Of a stretch of DNA of 64,000 nucleotides, positions 22,526 through 32,767 are shown piece after piece. Within the stretch, counting starts at the first letter, position 1, and each line of letters opens with the position of its first letter. The position numbers and the translations under genes were made by a program. The stretch covers positions 32,001 to 96,000 of the forward strand of contig CBDAOB010000001.1 in NCBI GenBank assembly GCA_965197905.1, in the 5' to 3' direction. Below the pieces are notes generated by a model that saw only the letters and a list, made by a program, of their open reading frames with translations, ran no database searches and was not told the origin of the DNA. This DNA comes from Candidatus Latescibacterota bacterium (GTDB taxonomy: Bacteria > Latescibacterota > UBA2968 > UBA8231).

Positions 22526-24046
22526 TTATACGGGACGGAATCTGGCTTTGAATTCCTCGACCACCGCCTTAAGCTTCTCCTGGGTGTCATCGCTCAGATT
22601 CTTGCTGTCGCGAATCTCGCCCAGCAGCTCTGAATGCTGCTGACGAAGGTGGTCGAGTAGGTTGGCTTCGAACTGCCGCACTTGGTCGGTGGGGAGGTCG
22701 TCGATAAGATTTCCTGCGAAAAGCGCTGCGACCTGCTCCTCCTCGGGCATGGGCACGAACTGATTCTGTTTCAGGATCTCGGTCAGTTTTTCTCCCCGGT
22801 TCAGCAGATTGCGCGTGGAGGCGTCCAGATCGGATGCCCCGAACTGGGCAAACGCTTTGACCTCGTTGTACTGGGAGAGGTCGACGCGCAAGGTTTTCGC
22901 AACCGCTTTCATCGCTTTCGTCTGTGCGGCGCTGCCGACGCGAGACACGGAGGCACCCACGTCCATCGCCGGCCTGACTCCCGCATAGAATAGCTCGGGC
23001 TTGAGCAGGATTTGACCGTCGGTGATCGACCAGACATTGGTCGGTATGTAGGTCGACACGTCCCCTTCGAGGATCTCGATGATGGGCAGCGCGGTCAGGG
23101 TGCCCCCACCCTTCTCATCGCTGAACTTGGCCGCCCGTTCCAGCAGGCGCGAGTGCAGGTAGAATACATCCCCAGGATACGCCTCGCGGCCGGGTGGACG
23201 GCGCAACACCAGAGACATCTCGCGATACGCCCACGAGTGTTTGGAAAGATCGTCGTAGACGATCAACGCATTCTCGCCCTTATCGCGAAAGTATTCACCC
23301 ATGGAACAACCGGAATATGGAGCAAGATACTGCAGAGGAGCCGGATCGCTTGCGGGAGCCGACACCACGGTGGTGTACTCCATGGCGCCGTTATTCTCCA
23401 GATCGCTGACGATCTTGGCAACGCTGGAGCTCTTCTGACCGATGGCCACGTAGACGCATTTGACGCCGGATTTCTTCTGATTGATGATGGCATCGATGCC
23501 GATGGCCGTCTTGCCCGTCTGCCGATCGCCGATGATCAGCTCCCGCTGTCCCATACCTATGGGAACGGTAGCATCGATCACCTTGAGCCCGGTCTGCAGC
23601 GGCTGCTCCACCTTCTGCCGATCGATCACCCCGGGCGCCATCCGTTCGACGGGTAGCGTGCGCGAAGTCGAGATGTCACCCTTTCCGTCGATAGGCTGCC
23701 CCAGGGGATTGACCACCCTGCCCAGCAACTCCTCGCCGACGGGCACCTCGACGATGCGCCCGGTGCGTTTGACCTGATCGCCCTCGACGATATGCGTGTC
23801 TTCTCCGAAGAGCACGCAACCGACATTATCTTCCTCGAGGTTGAGGGCCATGCCCATGATCCCATGGGGAAATTCCACCATCTCGGTTGCACGCACGTTC
23901 CCGAGCCCGTGAACCCTGGCGATTCCGTCACCAACGTAGAGTACCGACCCGGTTTCGGAGACATCGACCTCCTTTTCGAAACCGAGCAACTGCTGCTTCA
24001 GGATCGCGGAGATCTCTCCGGGTTGAACCATTGTCTCTGACGCCAT
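22526..24046 (-). CDS. atpA: ATP synthase alpha
   Basis: [37 protein letters not shown]. Confidence 0.98.
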   Translation of the reverse strand: MASETMVQPGEISAILKQQLLGFEKEVDVSETGSVLYVGDGIARVHGLGNVRATEMVEFPHGIMGMALNLEEDNVGCVLFGEDTHIVEGDQVKRTGRIVEVPVGEELLGRVVNPLGQPIDGKGDISTSRTLPVERMAPGVIDRQKVEQPLQTGLKVIDATVPIGMGQRELIIGDRQTGKTAIGIDAIINQKKSGVKCVYVAIGQKSSSVAKIVSDLENNGAMEYTTVVSAPASDPAPLQYLAPYSGCSMGEYFRDKGENALIVYDDLSKHSWAYREMSLVLRRPPGREAYPGDVFYLHSRLLERAAKFSDEKGGGTLTALPIIEILEGDVSTYIPTNVWSITDGQILLKPELFYAGVRPAMDVGASVSRVGSAAQTKAMKAVAKTLRVDLSQYNEVKAFAQFGASDLDASTRNLLNRGEKLTEILKQNQFVPMPEEEQVAALFAGNLIDDLPTDQVRQFEANLLDHLRQQHSELLGEIRDSKNLSDDTQEKLKAVVEEFKARFRPV

Positions 24047-24086
24047 CTCTCTTCCTTCCGGATTCTTCTTTTCTATAACCTTACTA

Positions 24087-24626
24087 TCAGGTACCGACCA
24101 AGTGCCGGTGCAGGCGCTCCAGATAGGTTGCAACGCTGCCGTCGTACACCGTGTCACCGATGCTAGCCACGGCGCCGCCGCGAATGGCCGGATCGACTTC
24201 GACGTGCAACCTTACCTCCTTGCCCGAAATCTCCGCCAGGCGCCGGCGCAGCCGTCCTATCTGATCTTCTCCCAGGGGAACGGCCGAACGAACCTCTGCG
24301 GAAATGACGCCGGATCTTTCGTCGCACAAGGCTTCGAAAAGCTCAAGCATTTCGGGAAGCAGGTCGGTGCGCCGCCGCTCGGTGAGGAGCAGGAGGAAGT
24401 TCAGGGTCAAACTCTGGACTCGTCCCCCGAACAAACGCTCGAGAGCACCACGCTGCAGCAATGAACTCATATAGCGATTGCCTACAAACGAGGCCAGCTC
24501 CTCCGATTGCTCGAGAGTCTGTCGTAGGCCCCGGACGTCGCTTCGAACCGCGTCGAGCACGCTACTTTCCTCGGCGGCTTCCAGCAGGGTGGCTGCATAG
24601 CGCCGAACTACCTCGGGTGCTTTCAT
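24087..24626 (-). CDS. atpH: ATP synthase delta
   Basis: RRYA..L, NFL.LL, SAVPL, VDP.I.GG, DGSV. Confidence 0.93.
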   Translation of the reverse strand: MKAPEVVRRYAATLLEAAEESSVLDAVRSDVRGLRQTLEQSEELASFVGNRYMSSLLQRGALERLFGGRVQSLTLNFLLLLTERRRTDLLPEMLELFEALCDERSGVISAEVRSAVPLGEDQIGRLRRRLAEISGKEVRLHVEVDPAIRGGAVASIGDTVYDGSVATYLERLHRHLVGT

Positions 24627-25305
24627 CTTCCTCTCGGAATCGCTTCGGGCCGGATGCGCTGCTCAATAACTGGCCTTGCAAAATTGCGGCGCAGAGGCGC
24701 CCGGCCCGCAAGACGCGCGATCGAGCCATATTGGTGGATATGGCGAGTGAGCGCAACGCAGCGGGCTGGGATGCATCGGCGGCGAAATGCAAGGACGGTT
24801 GTTGAACAGTGCATTGGTTGTCGCTGGGAATGCCCGCAATGAGGTCCTCGACAAGTTTGCGGTTGCGCTCGTCGTCCAGGTTCGCTTCGATCAGAGCACC
24901 GGCCGCTTTCACGGCCAGATCCGCCGTCTCCTTGCGCAACTCGGCTATAGCCGCCTGCTTTTCGCTCTCGATGGCGCGCCGCGCTTGCTCGGTCGTCCGC
25001 TGAGCCTCCTGGCGAGCGTTCGAGACGATTTCCTGCTCGACCTTCTCCGCCGCTTCCCGGGCCAGCCGGACGATCTCTCGCGCCTCGGCGTCGGCGCCCT
25101 GAAGTTTCTGCTGATGCTCTTCGACGATGGACTGAGCTTCTTTTCGAGACCGCTCCGCCGTCTCCAGCGCGTCGCTTATCCGTTTTTCCCGCTCGTCGAG
25201 CGCGCCAAGAAGCGGACGCCATACGGTTGCGCGCAGAACCACCAGCACCACAAAGAAGGTGACTAGGGTCCATATTATGGTTCCTACATGGGGATCTAAT
25301 AGCAT
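24562..25305 (-). CDS. atpF: ATP synthase b; reading frame runs ~80 codons past the expected end (~24814) through a palindromic element
   Basis: N-terminal TM, W.PL..ALDERE..I, coiled coil; b-like sequence ends at ...IAGIPSDN. Confidence 0.9.
   Translation of the reverse strand: MLLDPHVGTIIWTLVTFFVVLVVLRATVWRPLLGALDEREKRISDALETAERSRKEAQSIVEEHQQKLQGADAEAREIVRLAREAAEKVEQEIVSNARQEAQRTTEQARRAIESEKQAAIAELRKETADLAVKAAGALIEANLDDERNRKLVEDLIAGIPSDNQCTVQQPSLHFAADASQPAALRSLAISTNMARSRVLRAGRLCAAILQGQLLSSASGPKRFREEDESTRGSSALCSHPAGSRRGK
24654..24814. repeat. palindromic (MITE/RPE-like) element, copy 1
   Basis: Imperfect terminal IR ATGCGCTGCTCAATAACTGGCCTTGCA / TGCAAGGACGGTTGTTGAACAGTGCAT; folds as one long hairpin; core homologous to 34580..34685. 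Confidence 0.8.
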
Positions 25306-25325
25306 CTTCGGGTCTCGTCAGCTAG

Positions 25326-25565
<240 letters not shown>

Positions 25566-25589
25566 CTAGCCGTGCACATGTGATTCCCG

Positions 25590-26426
25590 CTAATGCTCCG
25601 GATGAGCAGCCATGTTGATAAACAAGGCAGATAGCAGGGTGAAGATAAACGCCTGAATAAAACCGATAAAGATGTCCAGCAAATAGAGAGCTACCGCGAA
25701 GGTCACCGAAAAGGGCGCCAGCCAGAGCGCCTTCATCATGATGACGAGGCCCAGAAAGACCAGGATCGCCACGTGTCCGGCGATCATGTTAGCGAAAAGT
25801 CGTATACAGAGGGCAAACGGTTTGGCGAGCAAGGAGATGAGCTCGATGGGAATCATGATAATCAACAGCGGCGCCGGCAACCCCGGGGGGATGAGGCTGC
25901 GAAGATATCCGAACAGACCGTTATTGGCGATGCCCGCTCCCTGGGTTATGAAAAAGGTCATCAGGGCCAGGGCGGCGGTCACACTTACGTTCCCGGTTGC
26001 CGTCGCGGTGTACGGGATCAAACCCAGCAGGTTGCAAAACAGAATAAAGAAGAAGACGGTCAACAGGTACGGTAGATACACCTTGCCGTGGTCGCCCATG
26101 ATCGGAACGACGACCTCGTCGCGGATAAAAACCACCAAAGCTTCGAAGAGATTGGCCAGACCACTTGGCACGAGGGCGGAACGACGAAAAGCGAGGGTGA
26201 GAGACACGATCAGGAGTGCGCTCGCCACCCACATCATCACGATATGTCGAGAGATTGACAGATCTACGGCGACCCCGAACACGTCAATCGGGGCAAACTG
26301 TGGAAGGGAAATCTTGCCGTCGAAGAAGTGGTTTGCGTTCCAGAATGGCACCTCGAGGTAGTCATGGTCGAGAATGTGACCGACGATATCTACCTCTTCG
26401 GACGCGTGCTCCTCGCTTGCCATCAA
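25590..26426 (-). CDS. atpB: ATP synthase a
   Basis: NLLGLIP, IRLFANMIAGH, IQAFIF. Confidence 0.96.
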   Translation of the reverse strand: MMASEEHASEEVDIVGHILDHDYLEVPFWNANHFFDGKISLPQFAPIDVFGVAVDLSISRHIVMMWVASALLIVSLTLAFRRSALVPSGLANLFEALVVFIRDEVVVPIMGDHGKVYLPYLLTVFFFILFCNLLGLIPYTATATGNVSVTAALALMTFFITQGAGIANNGLFGYLRSLIPPGLPAPLLIIMIPIELISLLAKPFALCIRLFANMIAGHVAILVFLGLVIMMKALWLAPFSVTFAVALYLLDIFIGFIQAFIFTLLSALFINMAAHPEH

Positions 26427-26501
26427 ACCTTCAAAAATCGGAGAAATTTAAGGGAAAAACTGGAACAGACGGCTCCTACTTCTGGTCGAGCCGGGGCATA
26501 A

Positions 26502-26528
26502 ATTATATTGGTGCCAAAATTCTGTCAA
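26502..26528 (-). promoter_or_regulatory. possible internal sigma70 promoter before atpB
   Basis: Perfect TTGACA and TATAAT hexamers but only 15-nt spacer. Confidence 0.4.
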
Positions 26529-26546
26529 CAGCCGCCAAGTGTGCTC

Positions 26547-26852
26547 CTACTCTGTAGTTGGGACCTGGAGCTGCCGCTGCCGCGCCTGTCTCGTGATCAG
26601 CGCGATTTCGAGAATCATGAACAAGATGTAAGCTCCGATCAGCACGAATATATAGACCGTGCTGTCGATGCTCGTGCGGGTGAGGAGCAGGTACGACGTC
26701 AAGCCCACGGCAATGAGACGAAAAAGGACTCCACCGCCGAAAAAGGCGAGGAATATGTGGAACTTCCGGTCCGCCGTCAGCGCGATTGCGGCCCATGCAA
26801 TTCCGGCGTTGACGGTCGCGACCGCCAGCCCCGCGAAAACCGCTTCAATCAT
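26547..26852 (-). CDS. atpI: AtpI-like membrane protein
   Basis: Hydrophobic ~101 aa, ATGA-coupled to the upstream gene, precedes atpB. Confidence 0.65.
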   Translation of the reverse strand: MIEAVFAGLAVATVNAGIAWAAIALTADRKFHIFLAFFGGGVLFRLIAVGLTSYLLLTRTSIDSTVYIFVLIGAYILFMILEIALITRQARQRQLQVPTTE

Positions 26853-27109
26853 TCGTCTTCCCCATTCCGCGCACTCTGGTCTACCGTTGCCTTGTAGATG
26901 CTGTAGAACCCCGACGCGATACCCAGCAGTATCCCGAGTATCAGAAAAAGGGGTGTGGTGGATAGCCATTCATCGATCCACAATCCGCCGAAGAGTCCGA
27001 TGGCGATAGCGGCCGCGAACTGGAATCCGACGTTGATGAAAGGTCCGGCTTTGGCGTAGGATCGCAGCAGCTTGCGGCTGCCTGATTCGGAATCGTCGTT
27101 CAAGGTCAC
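26849..27109 (-). CDS. atpZ: AtpZ/AtpI-family protein
   Basis: G.Q.A......F.G.W.D.W..T.P.F...G..LG...GF; GTGA-coupled to nuoN stop. Confidence 0.8.
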   Translation of the reverse strand: MTLNDDSESGSRKLLRSYAKAGPFINVGFQFAAAIAIGLFGGLWIDEWLSTTPLFLILGILLGIASGFYSIYKATVDQSARNGEDE

Positions 27110-28551
27110 ATCACCGAAACAACCGACGAACGGACAATACCGATCAATATGTCTGGGAATAGTCCCAGCGCAAGGGTGCTCGTCGCCGTCAGCAGCAGAA
27201 CAGCCATCGGTTCCGGCGAAATCCGGACTTCCAATGGCGCCGGCGCGGCCGGACGCATGTAGACGTCGACCACGAGGCGGCAGGAGACATAGGCAGAAAA
27301 CAAGGTTGTCAGCGCCGCGACCGCCACCAGCACGAATTGGCCGGCGTCTGCCGCTGCTCCCATCAGCAGAAAGCGACTTGCAAACCCGGCCGACGGAGGC
27401 AGACCCGCCAGATTGAGCAATAGGAGGGCGAAAATCAGCGCGATTGCGGGATGCCGATGAGCTAACCCCGCGTAGTCTCCAATCTCGGTATCGTCTTCGG
27501 CGGGACGACGGCACATCACCAGCAGAGAGTAACATCCCGCCGCCGCCAGAGCGCTCACGCAGATTTGAAACACTGCGCCGACCACTCCATCGGGATTGGC
27601 CGCCGCTATCCCCATCAATGCGAATCCACCTTGAGCGAGGAAGGCATACGCTAGCAAGCGTTTGAGGTTGCGCTGGTTCATAGCGAGAAGATATCCACCT
27701 ATCATGGTTGCGATGGCGAGGACGACGATCGCCGGAACCCATCGATCCGACAGCTGCTCGAAGCCGTAGAGAAAGAATCGCATGAGCACCGCCAGCGCGG
27801 CCGCGCCCGGAGCTACCGAAATGAAGCCTGCTACCGGCGCCGAGACACCGTGGCGCACATCGGGCGCCCACATGTGAAACGGCAGCACCGCGGTTTTGAC
27901 GCAGAGGCCTACGAGCAGGAATGCCAGGCCGCTGAGGAGCAGTGGATCGCCGGTGCCGCTATTCAATAGATGCACGGTCAATTCCCTTAGCCCGGTGGAA
28001 CCTACGGCGCCGTAGACCAGGCTGCCGCCGTAGAGGATTATGCCACTTCCCAACGCTCCCATAACGTAGAACTTCGCCGCGGATTCCACTGCGTGTTCCG
28101 GCCTCGCGGCGTATACGCTCAATACGCACAGGCTCAACGTCGTCAGCTCCAACCCCACATAAACTAGCACGAGGTCGGTCGCAGCCACCGATACCATTGT
28201 GCCGAGACCGGCGATCAAAAGCAAAGGGTAAAATTCGCTGCAGACGTCGCGCGGCAGATACTGCAACGCCAGCAGCACCGTCAGCACGGTGATACCCAGC
28301 AAGAGTACGTGGAAGAATGATGAGAACGCGTCGCGTGCATACATCCCCCCAAACGCCTCGGCGTTGACTTCCTGGTTCCATTCCATGAGCTCCAGGCAGA
28401 GGGCGATCAGGCCGACACAGAGACAGATATATCCGATTCCGCGGCTGGATCGGCGCGGCCAAAAGACCGCATCGAGCAGGAAAATCAAAATGGCGGCAGC
28501 GCCGACGACGATCTCTGGATAGAGGGCGGACCAATCTGCGGCCAAGCTCAT
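27106..28551 (-). CDS. nuoN: NuoN-like antiporter subunit (divergent)
   Basis: YVGLEL, ESAAKF...GA..SG..LYG, K....PFHMWAPDV, NLKRLLAY. Confidence 0.88.
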   Translation of the reverse strand: MSLAADWSALYPEIVVGAAAILIFLLDAVFWPRRSSRGIGYICLCVGLIALCLELMEWNQEVNAEAFGGMYARDAFSSFFHVLLLGITVLTVLLALQYLPRDVCSEFYPLLLIAGLGTMVSVAATDLVLVYVGLELTTLSLCVLSVYAARPEHAVESAAKFYVMGALGSGIILYGGSLVYGAVGSTGLRELTVHLLNSGTGDPLLLSGLAFLLVGLCVKTAVLPFHMWAPDVRHGVSAPVAGFISVAPGAAALAVLMRFFLYGFEQLSDRWVPAIVVLAIATMIGGYLLAMNQRNLKRLLAYAFLAQGGFALMGIAAANPDGVVGAVFQICVSALAAAGCYSLLVMCRRPAEDDTEIGDYAGLAHRHPAIALIFALLLLNLAGLPPSAGFASRFLLMGAAADAGQFVLVAVAALTTLFSAYVSCRLVVDVYMRPAAPAPLEVRISPEPMAVLLLTATSTLALGLFPDILIGIVRSSVVSVM

Positions 28552-30056
28552 GGCGTTCCCCCTTGCGGAGCTTTCACGGTGGTTTTGTGCCCCGGATCCG
28601 CGTGAGCCAGCACCTGTTCGATCGAGTGCGCCATCTTGTCGTGGATAGCCTGGGGACTCAACCCGATCCATAAGATCCCCAGGAACAAGGGAACCAGAAG
28701 GATTACTTCGCGGGGGCGCAGATCGTCACCGGGTGCAGGCGAAGTCCCGGCGCCGAACCCCAGACGCTGATAACGGCGCAGCAAGCTGGCAGCTAGAAAC
28801 AGCGATCCGATAACGGCGCCAATCGCGTAACCCAGATTTCGTTCCAGAGCGCCCAGGATCACGGAGATCTGGCTTACGAAAACGTTCAACCCCGGGATCC
28901 CGATCGCGGCCAGCATGATGAGGAGAAGGGCCGCACAGGTTTTCGGGTGGCTCCTGGCCAGCCCCCGCTCATCCTCCAGTCCCCTCCCTCGCAGAATTCC
29001 GGCCACTGCGAACAATCCCGCCATTACCAGACCCCGGTTGATCATGTGAGCCACCCCACCACCGACGCCGGCCACCGTCAGGGTTGAAAACCCCAGAACG
29101 ATCAAACCCACCTGGCTCACGGTCACATACGCCAGCAGACGCGGTAACTCCGCTTCGACGAGGGCGAGCAGACTGCCGTAGAGAATCGCACTCACCGCCA
29201 GCAGCAAGACATATTCGTCCACCCGGTGCAGGGCCTCAGTGAACAAGGGAACGCAAAACCTTACGAATCCGTAGATCCCCAGATTCAGCCAGATGCCCGT
29301 GACGACGATCGAGCCGGCGGAGCTGGCGTGTCTATGCAGATCCGCCAGCCAACTGTGGAACGGGAACAAGGCGGCCTTGAAGGCGAAACCAAAAAACATG
29401 GCTGCCAGGAGCCAGAGCTCGGCATCGGTTGACAGGGAGAGCTGGCTCAGGCGCGAAAACTCGAAACTCCGGGGCCCTTCCAGATCCGCTTGTAGCACGC
29501 CCAGATACACGATGGCACCGAGAATGAGGGCGCTTCCGGCCACATTCGTCAAAGCGAACTTCACCGCGGCATGGATTCGGCCCTCGCCACCCCACACGCC
29601 GACGAGGAGAAAAATTGGCAGCAAGGTGATTTCGAGGCTGATGTAGAACATGGTCAAGTCCAATGCCACGAACGCGGCAGCAGCTCCACCCGTTGCTGCC
29701 AGCAAGGTGGTCGAGAACTCCTTTACTCGGACCCGTACTTCGTTCCAGCTCGCCAGCTGGGCGATAGGCAGAAGCAGCGCCGCCAGCAAGACGAGAAGCA
29801 GGCTGATGCCATCCAGACCCACATGGTACTCGATCCCCAATTCCTGGATCCAGGTGTGGCGGTACTCCATTTGGGGTCCGTAGATGGCGTCGTCGAATAA
29901 TGCGTAGCAGACCGCGGCGATTGCGGTCTCCACCAGTCCGATTCCCAGGGACACGCCGCGGATCAAATCTTCCTTACCGCGGGGAAGCGCCATAACGAGA
30001 ACGGCGCCGGCCAGAGGCACCAGGATCAGCAGCGTAGGCAGATGATTCACATTCAT
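28548..30056 (-). CDS. nuoM: NuoM-like antiporter subunit (divergent)
   Basis: YHVGLDGIS, GVWGG..R..AA.KF, K..LFPFHSWL, YGF.RF. Confidence 0.88.
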   Translation of the reverse strand: MNVNHLPTLLILVPLAGAVLVMALPRGKEDLIRGVSLGIGLVETAIAAVCYALFDDAIYGPQMEYRHTWIQELGIEYHVGLDGISLLLVLLAALLLPIAQLASWNEVRVRVKEFSTTLLAATGGAAAAFVALDLTMFYISLEITLLPIFLLVGVWGGEGRIHAAVKFALTNVAGSALILGAIVYLGVLQADLEGPRSFEFSRLSQLSLSTDAELWLLAAMFFGFAFKAALFPFHSWLADLHRHASSAGSIVVTGIWLNLGIYGFVRFCVPLFTEALHRVDEYVLLLAVSAILYGSLLALVEAELPRLLAYVTVSQVGLIVLGFSTLTVAGVGGGVAHMINRGLVMAGLFAVAGILRGRGLEDERGLARSHPKTCAALLLIMLAAIGIPGLNVFVSQISVILGALERNLGYAIGAVIGSLFLAASLLRRYQRLGFGAGTSPAPGDDLRPREVILLVPLFLGILWIGLSPQAIHDKMAHSIEQVLAHADPGHKTTVKAPQGGTP

Positions 30057-30057
30057 A

Positions 30058-31959
30058 TCAAAATGCAACGAAGTAGAAGAGCGTGGCTACCAATCCCGCA
30101 GCGGCGACCGTGGCATACAATCCGACCCTACCGGTTTGGGTCGCGCAGAGAACCCAACCGATACCGCGGACAAACATCGCGCTGCCCCACACGCAACCGA
30201 GATCCAGGACAACCGTATCGACGGCGTCTCGCAAGAAACCCGCAATCCAGCGGAGAGGGCGAAGGACTACCTGCTGACATAGCCATTCGACGTAGAAGTG
30301 ATTTCGCGCCCATAGCTGCCAGAAACTCTCCTTCTCGGCCGGGGCTGTCTTGAACCCGAACAGGGTCCAGGCGATCCCTAGGCCGACCACAGCCGCCATG
30401 GCAGGCACGAACCAGTAGATCGTTTGCGGAAAATCGGTGGCGTAAGGCACGCTGACGGATAGCTCGGGCAGGATCATGCGGTAGAGTATCTGCGGCTCAA
30501 TCAGAAACGGAATCAACCCGGCTCCAAGGGTCGTAACCGACAGGACGATCAACGCCGCGGCGGCAGCGTGTGGCAGCGGTTTTGGCCGCTCGTCTTGAAC
30601 GGTTGCGGCGGGGCGGGCGTAGATGAGCAACACCACGCGAAAGCCGTAGAGGGCGGTCAGCAGCAAAGCAACGCAACCGACGACCCAGAGATGCAACATG
30701 TCCACCGAATAGATCGCCGCCATGGCCGCTCCCGTACTCCAGAAGGCGGCAGACGGGGGCAGTCCGACAAGACCTGTTATTCCGATGACGAAAGCCCAGA
30801 ACGGGACGAGGAGACGACCTGAACGCTGTGGCAGATTCCACACATCCAGATTGTGATTCGAGCGTGCCGAAAGCACTGAGGTACCGAGGAAAAGCAGGGC
30901 CTTTAGGCAAGCGTGAAGACAGACGTAAAGAATGGCAACCGCATGGGCACCCATGCCGACGACGGCAAGGACCAGACCCAGCTGGCTGGAGCTCGAGAAG
31001 GCCAGCACCTTCTTCAGATCGCGCTCTCCCAAGGCGACGAGGCCGGAGAAAATGGCCGTTGTCAGCCCGACTCCTATGAGAATCCATCGCAGGGACGGTG
31101 ACTGCTCGAGCAACACGCCTGCGCGCACCAGCGTATATACGGCGGCGATGCTCATGAAGCCGAAATGCACCAACGCGTTCGTCGAGGCCGGCGCCCTGGT
31201 CGCACTCGAAAGCCAGACGTGAAACGGAAACTGGGCGCTACGGCAAAATACGGAGACGAGCAGTAGGATCCCGGCCATCTGGGTCCAGCTGGAAGAGCCA
31301 GCTGTTTCCAACCCCTTGTATTCCAGCGTTCCCACTGCCGATGCCAGCATCAGGATGCAGATGAGAAGGGCCAGATCTCCCGCTCTGTCCACCACCCAGA
31401 AACCAAACGCGCCTCCTTCGGCGGAGGCACTGTGGGACTCGCTCAGAATGTCACCGGATTGAATCTCCGGTTCGGTTCGCTCGCGACCCCAGGTTGTCAG
31501 GAAATAACCGCAGATACCCAGCAACACCCATCCCCCATACAGCAAACCTAGATTGTTGGCGATCAGCAGCAGGGTCACCGCCGTCGAGGCCAGGCAGACC
31601 AGCGCGAAGAATCGGGCGCCGCTGCCATCGCGCTTGCGGGTGCCCACGGAAAACAGCTGGATAGCAAAAGCCAGGGTGGTCGTGGCAACCAGCAGTATCG
31701 CCGTGAGCCCGTCTACCAATACGCCGCAGGAAAAGGAAACATCACCGAGGCGCAGCCAAACAAACAGGATCTCATCGACCGTTTGCCCCTGGGACACTTG
31801 TGCAAAAACCAGCAAGGCGGCGCTCCACGACAAAAACAAAGCCGCGGTGGCAACCCACGCCGGCGCCTGCCCGCGGCCAAAGAGGATGCAGAGCGCGGCT
31901 CCTGAAGCCGGCGCCAACAGGACCAGGAGGGCGCCAATGAGGGTATCGGCAATCACCAT
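30058..31959 (-). CDS. nuoL: NuoL-like antiporter subunit (divergent)
   Basis: RSAQFPFHVWL, DLKKVLAFS..SQLG, HA..KALLFL, C-terminal QTG.V..YA. Confidence 0.88.
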   Translation of the reverse strand: MVIADTLIGALLVLLAPASGAALCILFGRGQAPAWVATAALFLSWSAALLVFAQVSQGQTVDEILFVWLRLGDVSFSCGVLVDGLTAILLVATTTLAFAIQLFSVGTRKRDGSGARFFALVCLASTAVTLLLIANNLGLLYGGWVLLGICGYFLTTWGRERTEPEIQSGDILSESHSASAEGGAFGFWVVDRAGDLALLICILMLASAVGTLEYKGLETAGSSSWTQMAGILLLVSVFCRSAQFPFHVWLSSATRAPASTNALVHFGFMSIAAVYTLVRAGVLLEQSPSLRWILIGVGLTTAIFSGLVALGERDLKKVLAFSSSSQLGLVLAVVGMGAHAVAILYVCLHACLKALLFLGTSVLSARSNHNLDVWNLPQRSGRLLVPFWAFVIGITGLVGLPPSAAFWSTGAAMAAIYSVDMLHLWVVGCVALLLTALYGFRVVLLIYARPAATVQDERPKPLPHAAAAALIVLSVTTLGAGLIPFLIEPQILYRMILPELSVSVPYATDFPQTIYWFVPAMAAVVGLGIAWTLFGFKTAPAEKESFWQLWARNHFYVEWLCQQVVLRPLRWIAGFLRDAVDTVVLDLGCVWGSAMFVRGIGWVLCATQTGRVGLYATVAAAGLVATLFYFVAF

Positions 31960-32255
31960 TTCAAACTGTCCACGGCCGAGAGATCGGTGTGGCCCCGCTG
32001 GCGGTGGAGGCCAATGACGATGGCCAGTCCCGCACCCACCTGAAGGGCGGCAAACACCAGCGCGAAAAGGGCGAAGAGCTCGCCGTTCAACTCGCCGTGC
32101 AGTCGGGCGAATCCGGCGATATTCAGCGCCGCGGCGTTGAGCATCAGCCCCGACGAAAGGACTACGGCGAGGGCGTTTCTGCGCATGAGCATGCCCGCCA
32201 ATCCGATGCAGAACAGGGCGGCGCTGACGATGAGGATGGGGAACGGCTGCATCAC
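31953..32255 (-). CDS. nuoK: NuoK-like subunit (divergent)
   Basis: LFCIG..G...RRN, LMLNAA.LN, GLAIVI...R, LKW end. Confidence 0.85.
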   Translation of the reverse strand: MMQPFPILIVSAALFCIGLAGMLMRRNALAVVLSSGLMLNAAALNIAGFARLHGELNGELFALFALVFAALQVGAGLAIVIGLHRQRGHTDLSAVDSLKW

Positions 32256-32767
32256 GAGGTGTGTTGCCCTCCGGGGGCGCTGCCGGCGGCCGAGTCGGGA
32301 CTCGTCAAGACCGACGTGCCCACAGCCACCACCAGAAACGCGAACCCGGTCAAAAGCAGTGGCAACAGGAAGTCGCCGACGAGAGACCCCGCCAGACTAC
32401 CGGTCTGCTCCATCTCGGAGATTGAACCACCCGCTGGCAGAATCAAGCAGAGCAGGGAGAACAAACAGGCACAAAGGACGGCAGCGACCATGGTCCCGAC
32501 GCGAACCCGTCTGACCGCGACGGCGGACTTGAGGTTGGTGGAAACCCCCACCACGAGACAGAGGAGAGCTGAGCCGGATAACCCTATAAGGACTTCGCTG
32601 GCCCCCAACAAAGGAGTGCCGAGCTGCAGGAAAAGAGCGGCGATGCCAAGTGTAGTCGCGCCAAACAAGAAGGCGGCGCGCACGGCACTCCTTGCGGAGA
32701 CGGTGAGAATCGCCATGATCAGACAAAAAACGGCAACCAGACCGAAGGCGGCAGCTTCCAGTGTCAT
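32252..32767 (-). CDS. nuoJ: NuoJ-like subunit (divergent)
   Basis: Hydrophobic 5-TM pattern between nuoH and nuoK; ATGA-coupled on both sides. Confidence 0.75.
   Translation of the reverse strand: MTLEAAAFGLVAVFCLIMAILTVSARSAVRAAFLFGATTLGIAALFLQLGTPLLGASEVLIGLSGSALLCLVVGVSTNLKSAVAVRRVRVGTMVAAVLCACLFSLLCLILPAGGSISEMEQTGSLAGSLVGDFLLPLLLTGFAFLVVAVGTSVLTSPDSAAGSAPGGQHTS

Noticed and set aside
27106..32767. Mrp antiporter or hydrogenase membrane module instead of Nuo
   Set aside because: Gene order A-CD-E-F-G-H-J-K-L-M-N is Nuo-like and the D subunit has no CxxC NiFe ligands.
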